Of a stretch of DNA of 64,000 nucleotides, positions 23,789-33,788 are shown in pieces (within the stretch, counting starts at the first letter, position 1; every line of letters begins with the position of its first letter). The position numbers and the translations under genes are program-made. Origin of the DNA: an uncultured Actinomycetes bacterium. Its GTDB lineage: Bacteria > Actinomycetota > UBA4738 > JACQTL01. The stretch spans positions 371,771-435,770 of the forward strand of contig CAVPQW010000009.1 of assembly GCA_963707645.1 (NCBI GenBank). Reading direction: 5' to 3'. Below the pieces are notes generated by a model that was given only the letters and a program-made list of their open reading frames with translations, ran no database searches and was not told where the DNA came from.

Positions 23789-25411
23789 GTGCCCGTCCGG
23801 ACTTCAAGGGATGGAGGCTGGCGTGGCGGACTCGCTGACCCGGCAACAGGCACTCGACCATGTCGGTGCGTGGTGCTCTTCGAGAACCGGTCCCTGGACA
23901 ACGTGCTCGGCCACCTCTACGGCCCCGAGGATGGCAAGACGTTCGAGGGCGTCATCGGCAAGGACCTGACCAATCCGATCCCGGAGTGGGCCGAGCACGG
24001 CGCCGATCGCAAGGTGGTGCCGTACACGGTCGCCACCGACATGGACTCGCCCAACCCGGACTCGGGCGAGGAGTGGTACCACACCAACACGCAGCTGTTC
24101 GACACGCTCGACGAGCACAACCGGTTCAAGATCGGCGAGGGCGTGACGGCGCCGTGGAACGCGCCGCCGCCCGGTGCGACGCCGACCATGGACGGGTTCG
24201 TCACCGACTACATCAGCACGTTCACCGGTGAGATGGGCCGCCAGCCCACCTACGACGAGTACGCCCACATCATGACCGGGTTCACCCCGGAGCAGGTGCC
24301 GGTGCTCAGCGGGATCGCGCGCGAGTTCGGGGTGTTCGACCACTGGTTCTGCGAGGTCCCGTCCCAGACCTTCATGAACCGCTCGTTCTGGACGGCGGCG
24401 ACGTCGTCGGGGTTCGTCGTGAACAGCCCGGTGAAGAAGTGGTTCGCAGGGCAACGACGCGGAGACGATCTTCGAGCGGCTCGAAGCGCACGGCAGGACG
24501 TGGAAGGTCTACGTCATGGAGCCGATGCCGTTGTCGTTCGCCGGCATCATCCACTACTCCGCGGTTGAAGGATCGCCTCGCGACGCACTTCGTCCCGTTC
24601 GCCGAGTTCGAGAAGGATGCCGCCGCCGGGACCCTGCCCGACTTCTCGTTCATCGAGCCGAACATGATCGCCGGCCACGGCGACTACCATCCCGCGATCG
24701 GTCGGGCGATGGGTCCCCAGGCTCGACGTCGCGATCGACCCACCGTCCTCGATCCTGTCCGGCGAGGCGTTCTTGGAGCGGGTGTTCAACGCGTACCGGT
24801 CGGCGACTCGGAGTCGGGCACCAACGTCTGGAACACGGCCCTGCTGATCGGCTGGGACGAGCCGGGCGGCACCTACGACCACGTGCCGCCCGGGACCGGT
24901 CCCGCCACCCGATCCGGCCGCACCGGCGGGCGAGTTCGGCTTCACGTTCGACCGCTCCGGCTACCGGGTCCCCGCCATCATCGTGTCGCCGTGGGTCGAG
25001 CCGGGCTCGGTGTACAACGAGGAGTACCGCCACACCTCGCTCATCGCGACGCTGCGCAAGGCGTGGGATCTCGGCGAGGCGTTCACCCAGCGCGACGCGG
25101 CGGCCCGCACCTTCGATCACGTGTTCACCCGCGAGACGCCGCGTGACCCCAGGATTGGGCCACCTTCGAGGCCCTGCCGGTGGCCGAATGGACGATGGAT
25201 GACGAGGTCGTGGGCAACACCCTTCAGCACCCTCGGCAAGGCCGCCGGGCCCGGCTTGATCGAGAAGGCCAGGGAGTTGGGCGTAACCTCCCCGCAACTC
25301 GACGATCCCTCCGTGGAACTCACGGGGGAACTCATCATCGAGGTCCTCAGGGATGTCTCCTGGCACTTCTTCCCCAATTGGCTCCTGCGAGCGCGGGCGA
25401 TTAGCCGTTGA
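23789..25411 (+). pseudogene. Phosphoesterase-family pseudogene (phospholipase C / acid phosphatase, PF04185)
   Basis: The hallmark VVLFENRSLDNVLGHLYG and FDHWFCEVPSQTFMNRSFW motifs are present. The reading frame switches at least three times. Conserved segments (ETIFERLEAHGRTWKVY, TALLIGWDEPGGTYDHVPP, PAIIVSPWVEPGSVYNEEYRHTSLIATLRKAW) lie in different frames. Confidence 0.8.
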
Positions 25412-25547
25412 GGAGGACCCGTGCTCAGTTTCGGGTCGCCTGCGCTCCTGGCCATCTGCCTGGCAAGGGCGACCGCGCCCTATAGGTGCTCGACCGGCTT
25501 CGCCAATGGATCGCCCGCAAAACACCCCCCTAAACGCAGACGCGAGG

Positions 25548-25790
25548 GATGCGTGTCTACGCTCCTGTCTACGCTCCGAGCGGAACGTGCTGGGACGGCG
25601 AGGGATGTCGACCTCATGCCGGGCCTCGATCTCCAGGCACGGCGTGAGACGCGGTGGAACCCTCAGACATGGCGCTCGCCCGATTGAGGGCCTAGTGGGC
25701 GGAATAGCCGTCAGGGCGTCAAATCCCCCCTCCGACACCATCTACCTGCGGAAACGCAACGCCTCCGGGCCTTCGCCGGCCGGCCCGGGG
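25548..25790 (+). repeat. Copy A of an att-like repeat of ~240 bp that contains the 3' half of tRNA-Leu (anticodon loop to CCA, 25684-25740)
   Basis: The segment ttgagggcctagtgggcggaatagccgtcagggcgtcaaatcccccctccgacacca matches the tRNA-Leu 3' half. It is preceded by the tandem motif tgtctacgctcc x2 at 25554-25577. The downstream flank is homologous both to the native tRNA flank and to copy B. Confidence 0.75.
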
Positions 25791-26209
25791 GCGTCTGTCT
25801 GCCCATTGTCTGCCCACTCACCCGAAGATGGCGTCTCCGATGGCGTCCGCGGCTCGCTGGAGCCGCTCCGGCCGGGTGTGTTGGTAGATGGCCTGCGTGA
25901 TGGCGGGGGAGAAGTGGCCGAGCAGCGTGTGTTCTCTCACTGAGATGGGCGACAAGACGCCGCGGTTCTCATGTCGTTCGGGGGAACCGGTCCAAGACGG
26001 GTCGAGGGGACGGCGGCTTCACTCGTTGCCGCTGGGTGGTCGCCGGCCAGCGATGGACGCAGCGTATCGTCCGATCGGGGGATGGCGCCCGATCCAGGGG
26101 TCAAAGTAGCATTCGATCGCTTGGACGCTCTGCGCGAGGACGACGATGAAAAGACGGGAATGGGCGGGCGCGCTCCTGAGCCGGGCAAAGCCCGCGACCC
26201 GGTCCATTC

Positions 26210-27188
26210 GTGCGCGCAGACGGGCGCTGGTCTCTCTCGGCACCATCGTGTGCCTGTATGCCGGTGCTCGTCGCACAACCCGCAACCGCCGGACTCGCGA
26301 AGCCCGACCTCGTCGTCCTCTCGGGAGGCTTCGCACACGTTACGGCCGACCTCCAGGAGCAGCGATGGTTCTTCCGCGGAAAGGCCTACCAGCTGACGTG
26401 GTCGGCACGGATCAAGAACGTTGGCGACGCCCCCGCCGGCGCGTCGCGGGCAGGCCTCTACTTCAAAGGAACGAAGACGTGGTCTCGCTTGAGCACGCTC
26501 GCTGTCCCCAGCTCCTGCGGGGGAAACGGTGTCGGTGAAGGACAGTTTCCAGAAGACGTTCGATGTCTCGACGTGGAAATACGGGACCTACCCCCTCAAG
26601 ATCTCGCCGGACGTCGGTCGTGTGGTCGGTGAGGGCAAGGAGGCCAACAACTGCCGGACGCTGCCGTTCTCGTTCTATGTGATTCCCACATTCATCTTTG
26701 CTCACGTTGGGGGAACCAAGCCGGCGTTCGACGACGACAGAGCCGGCGTGACTGCGACCTGGGAATCCGGCCTCTTGTCCTTCGGGGGCCTCCGCAGCAA
26801 ACCGCCCCCCTTGGGAAACCAGGGGATCATCGACTACCCGCTCTGCTGCGGGCCGACCCTGTCGTTCACGATTCAGGGGACCGACTCGGTCGGCTGCACG
26901 TACAGTGGATCCGGGGAGGACGAAACGTTCCCCTCGACGAATCGCCTCCGTCTGATCTTCGGCCGCGGGTCCGCGAACTACCGCGCTCACAATCTGATCG
27001 ACGGGACTTTCACGTTCAAGGTCACCATCGTCTGTGACAGCGACACGTACGTGATCGACTGGGGCTCGTCGAATTGCAGCCCCTGGTGGTGGAACACCAC
27101 CGAAGGAAGCCTTGGCGGTTTCCCGATCCGGGGCTCGAAGAACGGCAGGGGGTCCTCCTTGATGCTGACCCCGACTGCGACGGTGTGA
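26210..27188 (+). CDS. Hypothetical secreted Cys-rich protein with locally lower GC, probably frameshifted near 26510-26540
   Basis: Two overlapping protein-like ORFs (26210-26632 and 26529-27188) read as a single protein. The codon usage is atypical, with AT-rich stretches around 26650-26720. Confidence 0.4.
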
Positions 27189-27454
27189 GCTACCAATGGA
27201 AGTTCTCCGCCTGATCATCCAGCGCGAGCTCGGCATGGGCCCAGTGGCCGAGTGCGCACTCCTCACCCCGTACCCAGCGGACCCGTCGCCCAGCGGTTGC
27301 AGTCCAGGACGAACGCCACGAGGACGTCCTCGGCGGCATGCTCAAGCGCATGAGGTCGGATGCCATCTTCCTGGCCGCCGCCACGGGGCGCATCGATCCT
27401 TCAACCCGAGCGGCAATGTCTATGAGGCTGTCTCGACCTTTCTTAGCGCCGCCC

Positions 27455-27700
27455 TAGAGGTGTCTACCATCTGTCTACGATCCGAGCGGAACGTAGTGGG
27501 ACGGGGCGGCATTGTGACCTCGATCGGGCCCCGATTCAGGCACGGAGCGGTACCCCGTGGCATCCTGCGGGACGGAGCTCACCGCATTGAGGGCGTAGTG
27601 GGCGAATAGCCCGTGGGGGGTTCAAATCCCCCCTCCGACACGGTTCTGACCTGCGGAAACGCCAGGATTTGGCGGCCTTCCAGCCAACCCCAGCCGGGGG
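27455..27700 (+). repeat. Copy B of the att-like repeat with a tRNA-Leu 3' fragment (27597-27642)
   Basis: About 75-80% identical to copy A over ~240 bp. It carries the tgtctacMatcc x2 motif at 27461-27483 and ends in ...ggttcaaatcccccctccgacac. Confidence 0.75.
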
Positions 27701-28218
27701 CGCCGTCGCAATTCATCCGGAATGGGTGAGGTGCATCGCCGATTCATCTGATCCATTCGATGCATGTCGCTGGCACGCTTTCGCGAAGGTGAGCTTCACG
27801 TCGATCGCGATGCTCCTCGTGCTCGGCAGCACGGGATGCGGCGGGAGTGGCGGCGGCGACGGGACCGAAAGTCCCGCGGCGTCAGGGAGCTGTGTCGGGG
27901 TGCGACGAAGTGAACGCGCTCAAGAGCTCACTCACGGCACTCACCCAGGTGAACCCGGTGAGCGACGGGACCGATGCACTGAGATCGGCTGCCGCCGAGG
28001 TGAAGACAAATCTGGATGCCGCGGAGTCGGCGGTGGCTTCCGATCTAAAGCCCGCGGTGGATCAGGTGCGCACGGCGTTCGGCGACCTGGAGACTGCGCT
28101 CCAGGGGGTCTCGTCGGGGGGCGGCCTCGGCGCTGCCGCGGGCGACGTGGTCCAGGCCCTGACCAAGCTAGGCTCCGCGCTTACTGCCCTGTCGTCGGAG
28201 ATCAGCACAAGGTGCTAA
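27669..28218 (+). pseudogene. Small helical lipoprotein, signal peptide and mature part in different frames
   Basis: Frame 0 encodes the lipoprotein signal MLLVLGSTGCGG. Frame 1 encodes an Ala/Leu-rich helical domain, 27847-28218. The frames switch near 27850-27900. Confidence 0.35.
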
Positions 28219-28728
28219 CCGCCGAACGCCCGTAGTGAGCCAGCCGGTTCTCTCGGCGTCTGGTCGGCGGCGTGGTTCGTCCGCAGGAGGTCGGAGTGCA
28301 TCTTCGGGGCCGCCGCCATCACCGCCTGATTGGCGTCGTGGTCGCGGGCCTCGGCCACCAAGGCGCCGTCGCGGCATAGCGTCGCCTGTTGGCGGGCCGA
28401 CCGCAGCAGGGTGGCGAGTTCGTCACCGCGCCAGTGTCGGCAGTGACGCCTCCGCCGTGCCATCCAGCCGAGCGGCAAGATCGTGGCCGGGGGGGAAGGC
28501 GACTCTCCGCAGGCTTTCGTTCTGGCCAGGTACCTGGCCGCCTAGGAGGCGCAGGGGAGTTCCGTTGGCGCTTGAAACTTGGTGGGGCAACGCCCGGGTC
28601 GGTCAGGAGCCCCAAGCGGCAAGCCAGCGAGGTCATGGTGAACAGGGCTGACGAACCTCTACGTGGAGCGACAGGGGCGGCTGGCGATGGCGTGGTCGGC
28701 GGTAGGGCGAATGGCGACGGACCCTCGA

Positions 28729-29272
28729 CTACGTCTTGTGGACGTCAGCGCATTTCGCCACACCTGCCGCGGCGGTTGCACGTTCCAGCTCGATCTGGGT
28801 CTCTTCGAGGCCATTCGTTGCTGCGACGAACGCCTCACTGTCGCGGCCCTTCGCCGCTGCAACCTGGTCCGCGTTGAGTTGGACGATCTTCTCGACGGCG
28901 GCCAGCACGTCGGCCCACGGCTTGCGGCCTGTTGGCGGTTCAGCGAGGGCCCGCAGCCCCTTGAGCCACGCCTCGAACGTGGGAGCCACCTGGTCCTCCA
29001 GCCAGACCGCCACCTGGGGGAACGCAGATGGATCGGGATGAGTTGGATCGAAGTTGGGAGCAGGGAACTCGCTCCATGCCTGTTTGGCTTCGAGCGCCCT
29101 CTGACACACAGCCGTGGCGCGTGCTGCGAACGCCTGGCCGACGCCCCGAAGGCGCTTGGTTCGAGGGGGGCTCGCCGCTACAAGCCGTCAACGAGATCAA
29201 GAAGATGAGCGCGACGATGTAGAGGAAAGCTCGCCGGCGATTGACCTTCCCCCTTCTCGGGATTGCGTTCAT
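28729..29272 (-). pseudogene. Small helical lipoprotein, frameshifted after the signal peptide
   Basis: The signal peptide MNAIPRRGKVNRRRAFLYIVALIFLISLTACSGEPP is in one frame. The protein-like body (RALEAKQAWSEFP...ADVHKT) is in another. The junction is at a G6 homopolymer near 29165. Confidence 0.4.
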
Positions 29273-29875
29273 GGGCGGTGGACATAGTGGCGCGTCGTCT
29301 CGTCGCGGGCAAGCCCCATTCACCAAGCTGGCAGCCGCGGCGCGATAAGTCGTCTTCCTGCCAAGCGGGTCTACGCGTAAGCAACATTCGCCGCGGCTCG
29401 AGAAGGTTGCCCACAGCCTGTTTGAAGGGGAGGAGGCCGTCGGGGCGCTTGAGGCGACATGCCCCGAACGGTTCGAGCGGCTGCTCCGGGCCGTCCTCGC
29501 GACCTCCGACCCGCATGCCGGAATCCGCCGCCGGGGAGCTCGCCTGGGGCGCCCCGGCCGACTGGACGCGGCAGGCGTTGACCGGCTGCGGGGCGACAGG
29601 GAAAAGGCGCAATGCTCCCGTAGGACGGCACCGCGCCATCCCGCTACCTGGCCGGAGAACGCGGCGACCTACCCTCCTACCGGTCGAGGCGACGACGACA
29701 CCCGAAGCCAGGCGCGGTCAGTTCGGCGAGAGGGCCACCGCGGCGACCTGTGCACCTGAGGTAGTAGATGGCGCCTGCAGCGCTCGACTGGAGGCATTCG
29801 ATGCCGAAGTCGTACGTCCCGGCGGGGAGCGGACCCGTCACCGCCAGCAGGCTGAATGCGTCGCTGAAGTCCCCG

Positions 29876-31378
29876 TCAGGTACGCGCGCCTGGGCCGCCG
29901 ACCCCGCGACGCTTCCAACGGACGTCACCAGTCGGCAGTATCCGTAGCGCTCCGTTCGTATGCCCTCTGGTGATCAGGCCTCGCAGGCGACTGGCGGGGG
30001 TGTCGCCGGCGTCCGCCGTGCAGGTGTCGACGTCCGGTCCCCCGCGGGCGGTGTCGTTCCCACCGACGCCGTCGCGGGTGTTGAGCGTGTCCTTTCCACC
30101 GGCGCCCTCCAGCACGTCCGCGCCGCCACCCCCGACGAGGGTGTCGTTCCCCAGACGCCCCCGGACGGTGTCGGTCCCGTTCATCCCCAGGAACGTGTTC
30201 CCGGCGTTCTGCGAGACGGCGTCGATGGTGTCGCCGCCCTTCCCACCCGTGACCCTCTCCACGTTGGCGCGGATGTCGTCCCCTTCGGCGCCTCCCGATG
30301 CCCCGTCGTTCGCGAGGTTGTCGAGCAGGACCTGAACGGCACCCGCACGTGGGGCGTAGCTCGCGGTGTCCGAGCCGGCGCCGCCGGTGAACGCGTCGGC
30401 GCCGTCGGCCGCGGCAAGCGACGTAAACGTGTCGTTGCCGGCGCCGCCGTCGACCGTGTCGCCGGCTGTTCCGCCGGTGAGCTTGTCGGCCCCCACCTGC
30501 CCGTTCAGCGTGAGCGCCCCGGTGAATGCACTGCCGGTGCCCTTGCCGCCTTTGGCTTCGAGGCGGTCGTTCCCGCCGCCGCCGTTCACTGTGATGGCCT
30601 CCACGCTGGCGAGCGTGATGTCGGCATCGCCGTCCGTGTTGAGATTGACGCCGCCGGTCCCGATCGTGACGAGGTCGGCGGCGCCACCGCCCTGCAGCAC
30701 GAAGGTGTCGCTGCCGCCCCCCAAGTCGACCGACGCCTCGATCTCCGAGGCGCCGCTCTCCTCGGCGGTCGCCCCCGGCCCTGATCGCCCCGCCCGACAG
30801 GTCCATCGAGAGCTTCGCCGGCCGCCACCGTCCCCGGTCACGACGATCGAGTCGACGTTGTTCACGGTGGCGCCCCCACACGTCGGGTCGGAGATCTTGG
30901 GCCCGGTCACGTCGAACTCCGAACCGGCCCGGCGGATCGTGGTCGACTCGCCGCTCTCGACCGTGACCGTCAACATCGAACCCGTACGGGAGCACGGCGG
31001 CGTCGCGGACGCGCTGCTGAGCGTCAGACTCGTAGTTGGACACGCCGGCGTTCGAAGCGGACTCGAACACGACGACGACGAACGTGCTCCCCGGCAGGGC
31101 CCGGAGAAGATCTCTCCGCCCTGGAGGTTGTGCAGCCCTGGTGCAGCCGGACCGATTCCCGAGGGGGTCACGACGTGGAGGTTGTTGTGGACCTGATTGA
31201 ACGCTCTCTGTAGTGACGGGTCGTCGCAGACTCGGGGTCCCACTTGAACCAGTTGTCCCGCCGAATTGAGGATGTAGTGCCGATGCGGCGGAACCCTCGT
31301 CAGATTCGGATCCGCGACCGCCGATCCGCCCCATCCAACCATTCCGATGACGGCCAATATCACCAGCAACCTACGCAT
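29876..31378 (-). CDS. Secreted calcium-binding protein with hemolysin-type (RTX-like GGxGxD) repeats
   Basis: The N-terminus carries a signal peptide, MRRLLVILAVIGMVGWGGSAVA. The C-terminal half has nonapeptide repeats (GGAGNDTFT, GGAGSDTAS, GGKGGDTID, GGGGADVLE). A Ser/Thr-rich linker separates the two. Confidence 0.65.
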   Translation of the reverse strand: MRRLLVILAVIGMVGWGGSAVADPNLTRVPPHRHYILNSAGQLVQVGPRVCDDPSLQRAFNQVHNNLHVVTPSGIGPAAPGLHNLQGGEIFSGPCRGARSSSSCSSPLRTPACPTTSLTLSSASATPPCSRTGSMLTVTVESGESTTIRRAGSEFDVTGPKISDPTCGGATVNNVDSIVVTGDGGGRRSSRWTCRAGRSGPGATAEESGASEIEASVDLGGGSDTFVLQGGGAADLVTIGTGGVNLNTDGDADITLASVEAITVNGGGGNDRLEAKGGKGTGSAFTGALTLNGQVGADKLTGGTAGDTVDGGAGNDTFTSLAAADGADAFTGGAGSDTASYAPRAGAVQVLLDNLANDGASGGAEGDDIRANVERVTGGKGGDTIDAVSQNAGNTFLGMNGTDTVRGRLGNDTLVGGGGADVLEGAGGKDTLNTRDGVGGNDTARGGPDVDTCTADAGDTPASRLRGLITRGHTNGALRILPTGDVRWKRRGVGGPGART

Positions 31379-31488
31379 CGGCGCCCCTCCCCTTCGCTCG
31401 TTGATCGGACGAATATCACGAAGGCCAACGGCGACGCAAGCTCGATGCGAGCGGAACGCGCGGCGGTCCCGGCGTGGGAGGACGACGC

Positions 31489-31677
31489 ATGACCCGGACG
31501 TTCGCGGCGCTGTCGGACCCGACCCGACGTGACTTTCTCGAGCGCCTGTCGACGGGACCGGCGTCGATCAGCGAGCTCGCGACGCCGCACATCTCGCTCC
31601 GGGGCGCCCTTCAAGCACTCCACGCGTTCAGGACCCTGGACGACGTCAGCAGCAGTGGAGCGCGAGTGGCAGGGTGA
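31489..31677 (+). pseudogene. Truncated ArsR/SmtB-family HTH regulator fragment
   Basis: The motif FAALSDPTRRDFLERLSTGPASISELA matches an ArsR helix-turn-helix. The ORF stops after ~63 aa. The expected wing and dimerisation region are missing or out of frame. Confidence 0.45.
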
Positions 31678-32847
31678 CGGACCCGGTGTAGTCGAAACCG
31701 ACCGCCCAGATGTCCGAGGCAGACGAGGCGCCGACGGCCAGGAGCCGGTTGTCGAATCCGGTCAGGTTGGGCTGGGCACCCGCCTCCACGCCGTTCCGTT
31801 CCCACTTCATGACGAGCGTGCGGCTGGGCTGCTCGACGACGTCCCCACCGCTAGTGCGTTGGAAGACGATGTCGCGACCACACCCCTCAGGTCGTTCGGG
31901 CTGGACGACCCTCCTCCGACATTGGGACTCGGCACGACCTTCCACGAGGAGCCGTTCCATTGCTCGACCAGGGTGCGGCTCTCGCTCGCCCCCGGGGTCG
32001 TACCAGCCGACCGCCCAGGCATTGGTGGCGGAGGTGACCGACACTCCTCTGAGGTAGGTGTCGTTCCCGGGGCTCGGTTCGAGTGCGCTTCCAGGCCGTT
32101 CCGTTCCAGCGCACGATGAGGGTGTCGGTGCCGGTGCTGGTGCTGTAGTCGCCGACCGCCCATGCGTTCGTAGAAGAGGTAGCGGCGACGGAATAGAGCG
32201 CGGTGAAGCCCCCCGGGCTCGGGCTCGGCACACGCTTCCATGCGGTGCCGTTCCAGCGAAGGATCAATGTTTCCCCGTCGGCATCGCCCACGGCCCAGGC
32301 GTTCGAGGTCGAGGTTGCGGCCACCGCGTACAGAACGACGTCGGACGCCCCGGCCGGGGTCGGGCTCGTCTGCCTCGTCCACACTTTGCCGTCCCAGTGC
32401 TCGATCAAGGTGTGATTGGCTCCTTGTTCGCCGTAGCCCCCCACCGCCCAGGCATCGGAGGCGGACACGGCGGCGACGCCGTTGAGGACGGTCGGGTTGG
32501 TTCCCCGGGTTGGGGTTCGGGGTCTGCTCCCACGCCGTTCCGTCCCAGTGGTGGATGAAGCTCTGCTGCCCTCCGGCGAAGTAGTTCCCCACCGCCCAGG
32601 CATCACACGGGGACACCGACGCGACTGCGGTGAGCGAGTTGTTCGTCCCCCCGACGGCGGCCGGCTGTGTTCCGAACCAGGGGACGCACGTCGCCGCGGC
32701 CGCGCTGGGAGCGCGGACCGCGATCAGCGACACCGCGGAGCAATCCGGCCGAGACTCTGGCAGCAAGAACGAACGACGACCGAAGTCCCATAGCTCCCCC
32801 AACTCGTGCGAGGCTCGGATGCTCACAGAGCGGATCAAACGAGTCAA
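31646..32847 (-). pseudogene. Secreted beta-propeller repeat protein, multiply frameshifted
   Basis: The repeated blade motif xxNAWAVG...TLIxHWDGxxWxxVPSPxPG occurs at least 6 times. The copies are spread over three reading frames (ORFs 31807-32847, 31887-32606, 31646-32233). The N-terminus is RR-containing and signal-like. Confidence 0.5.
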
Positions 32848-33046
32848 GCCGACCGCTGGCCTCGCGGTCGCTCGTCATTCCACAGACGTGGTTTGCATTC
32901 CTGGCGCCGCCTGCGCTGGACTTCTATCCGACCTTCCAACCGGACGCTTGTGGAAGGGGCTGAGGCCTCCACCGAGCAAGAGCCGGTCGGGGGCCCTGCC
33001 TACGTTTTTTGTCTACGCTCGTTGTTGCAGCAGGAGGAGGTCACAT

Positions 33047-33636
33047 GAGCGACAAGATGGCGACGAGAACCATCCGCGGGATTGAAGCACCTGTTCCGGG
33101 CCGGTGGGAGATCGATCCGGGCCACACCTCGATCGCATTCGTGGCCAAGTATCTGATGGTCACGAAGGTCCGGGGACACTTCTCCGAGTTCTCGGGGTTC
33201 TTCCAGGTGGCCGAGCGCCCGGAGGATTCCAGCGCGGAGATCACCATCAAGGCGGCCAGCATGAGCACGGGCAACGAGGATCGCGACAAGCACCTGCGCT
33301 CCCCGGACTTCCTCGACGTCGACGTCTTCTCCGACCTCCCGGTTCCGAAGCACGAAGCTCGAGTTCCCTGGAGAGGACCGCATCGCGCTGACCGGCGACC
33401 TCACGATCCGTGACGTCACCAAGTCAGTGGTGCTCGACGCCGAGTTCACCGGGATGAGCCAGGATCCCTGGGGGAACCCCCGGGCTGGCTACTCCGCGAG
33501 AACACAGATCGACCGGGAGGATTTCGGCGCGAGCTGGAACTTGGCCCTGGAGGCCGGGGGCTGGCTCGTGTCGAAGACGGTGCAGATCGAGCTGGACGTC
33601 CTGACCACGCTCAAGGTGGACGAGACAGTATCGTGA
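33047..33636 (+). pseudogene. YceI-family (polyisoprenoid-binding) protein with one apparent frameshift near 33335-33350
   Basis: The N-terminal part carries WEIDPGHTSIAFVAKYLMVTKVRGHFSEFSGFF. The C-terminal part carries VVLDAEFTGMSQDPWGNPRAGYSARTQIDREDFG. The two parts lie in adjacent frames. Confidence 0.65.
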
Positions 33637-33788
33637 CCCGTCGGTCCGCGTTCTCGATCTGGCGCGGACGCTGGACGGTCACGCCCGGCCGGTACGGGAT
33701 CCTGGTGGGCAACCCCTCGCGGAACCTTCCGCTCCGTGGCGAGGTGAGCGTCCGGGCCTGACCGGGGCGGCGGTGTGATCGTGCGGGC

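Noticed and set aside
25540-25740. Possible tmRNA or other structured RNA ending in the tRNA-like 3' fragment
   Set aside because: The acceptor-like end matches tRNA-Leu (GTCGGAG/CTCCGAC), not the tRNA-Ala-like tmRNA acceptor. No matching 5' acceptor strand or resume-codon region is present upstream.
25353-25943. ORFs spanning the att-like repeats (25353-25943 and 27196-27609) that share the peptide CLRSERNV(L/V)GRRG
   Set aside because: The shared peptide is only a translation of the DNA repeat. The regions contain a tRNA fragment and have no protein-like composition. They are treated as non-coding.
31474-31677. A complete ArsR-family regulator
   Set aside because: Only the HTH-containing N-terminal ~60 aa are in frame. 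The wing and C-terminal portion are missing or shifted, so it is called a fragment.
20788-33700. A tyrosine or serine integrase or excisionase expected near the att-like repeats
   Set aside because: All ORFs in 20.8-33.7 kb on both strands were scanned. None has recombinase motifs; only IS481 DDE and IS110 DEDD transposases are present in the window. The islands are therefore called remnants.
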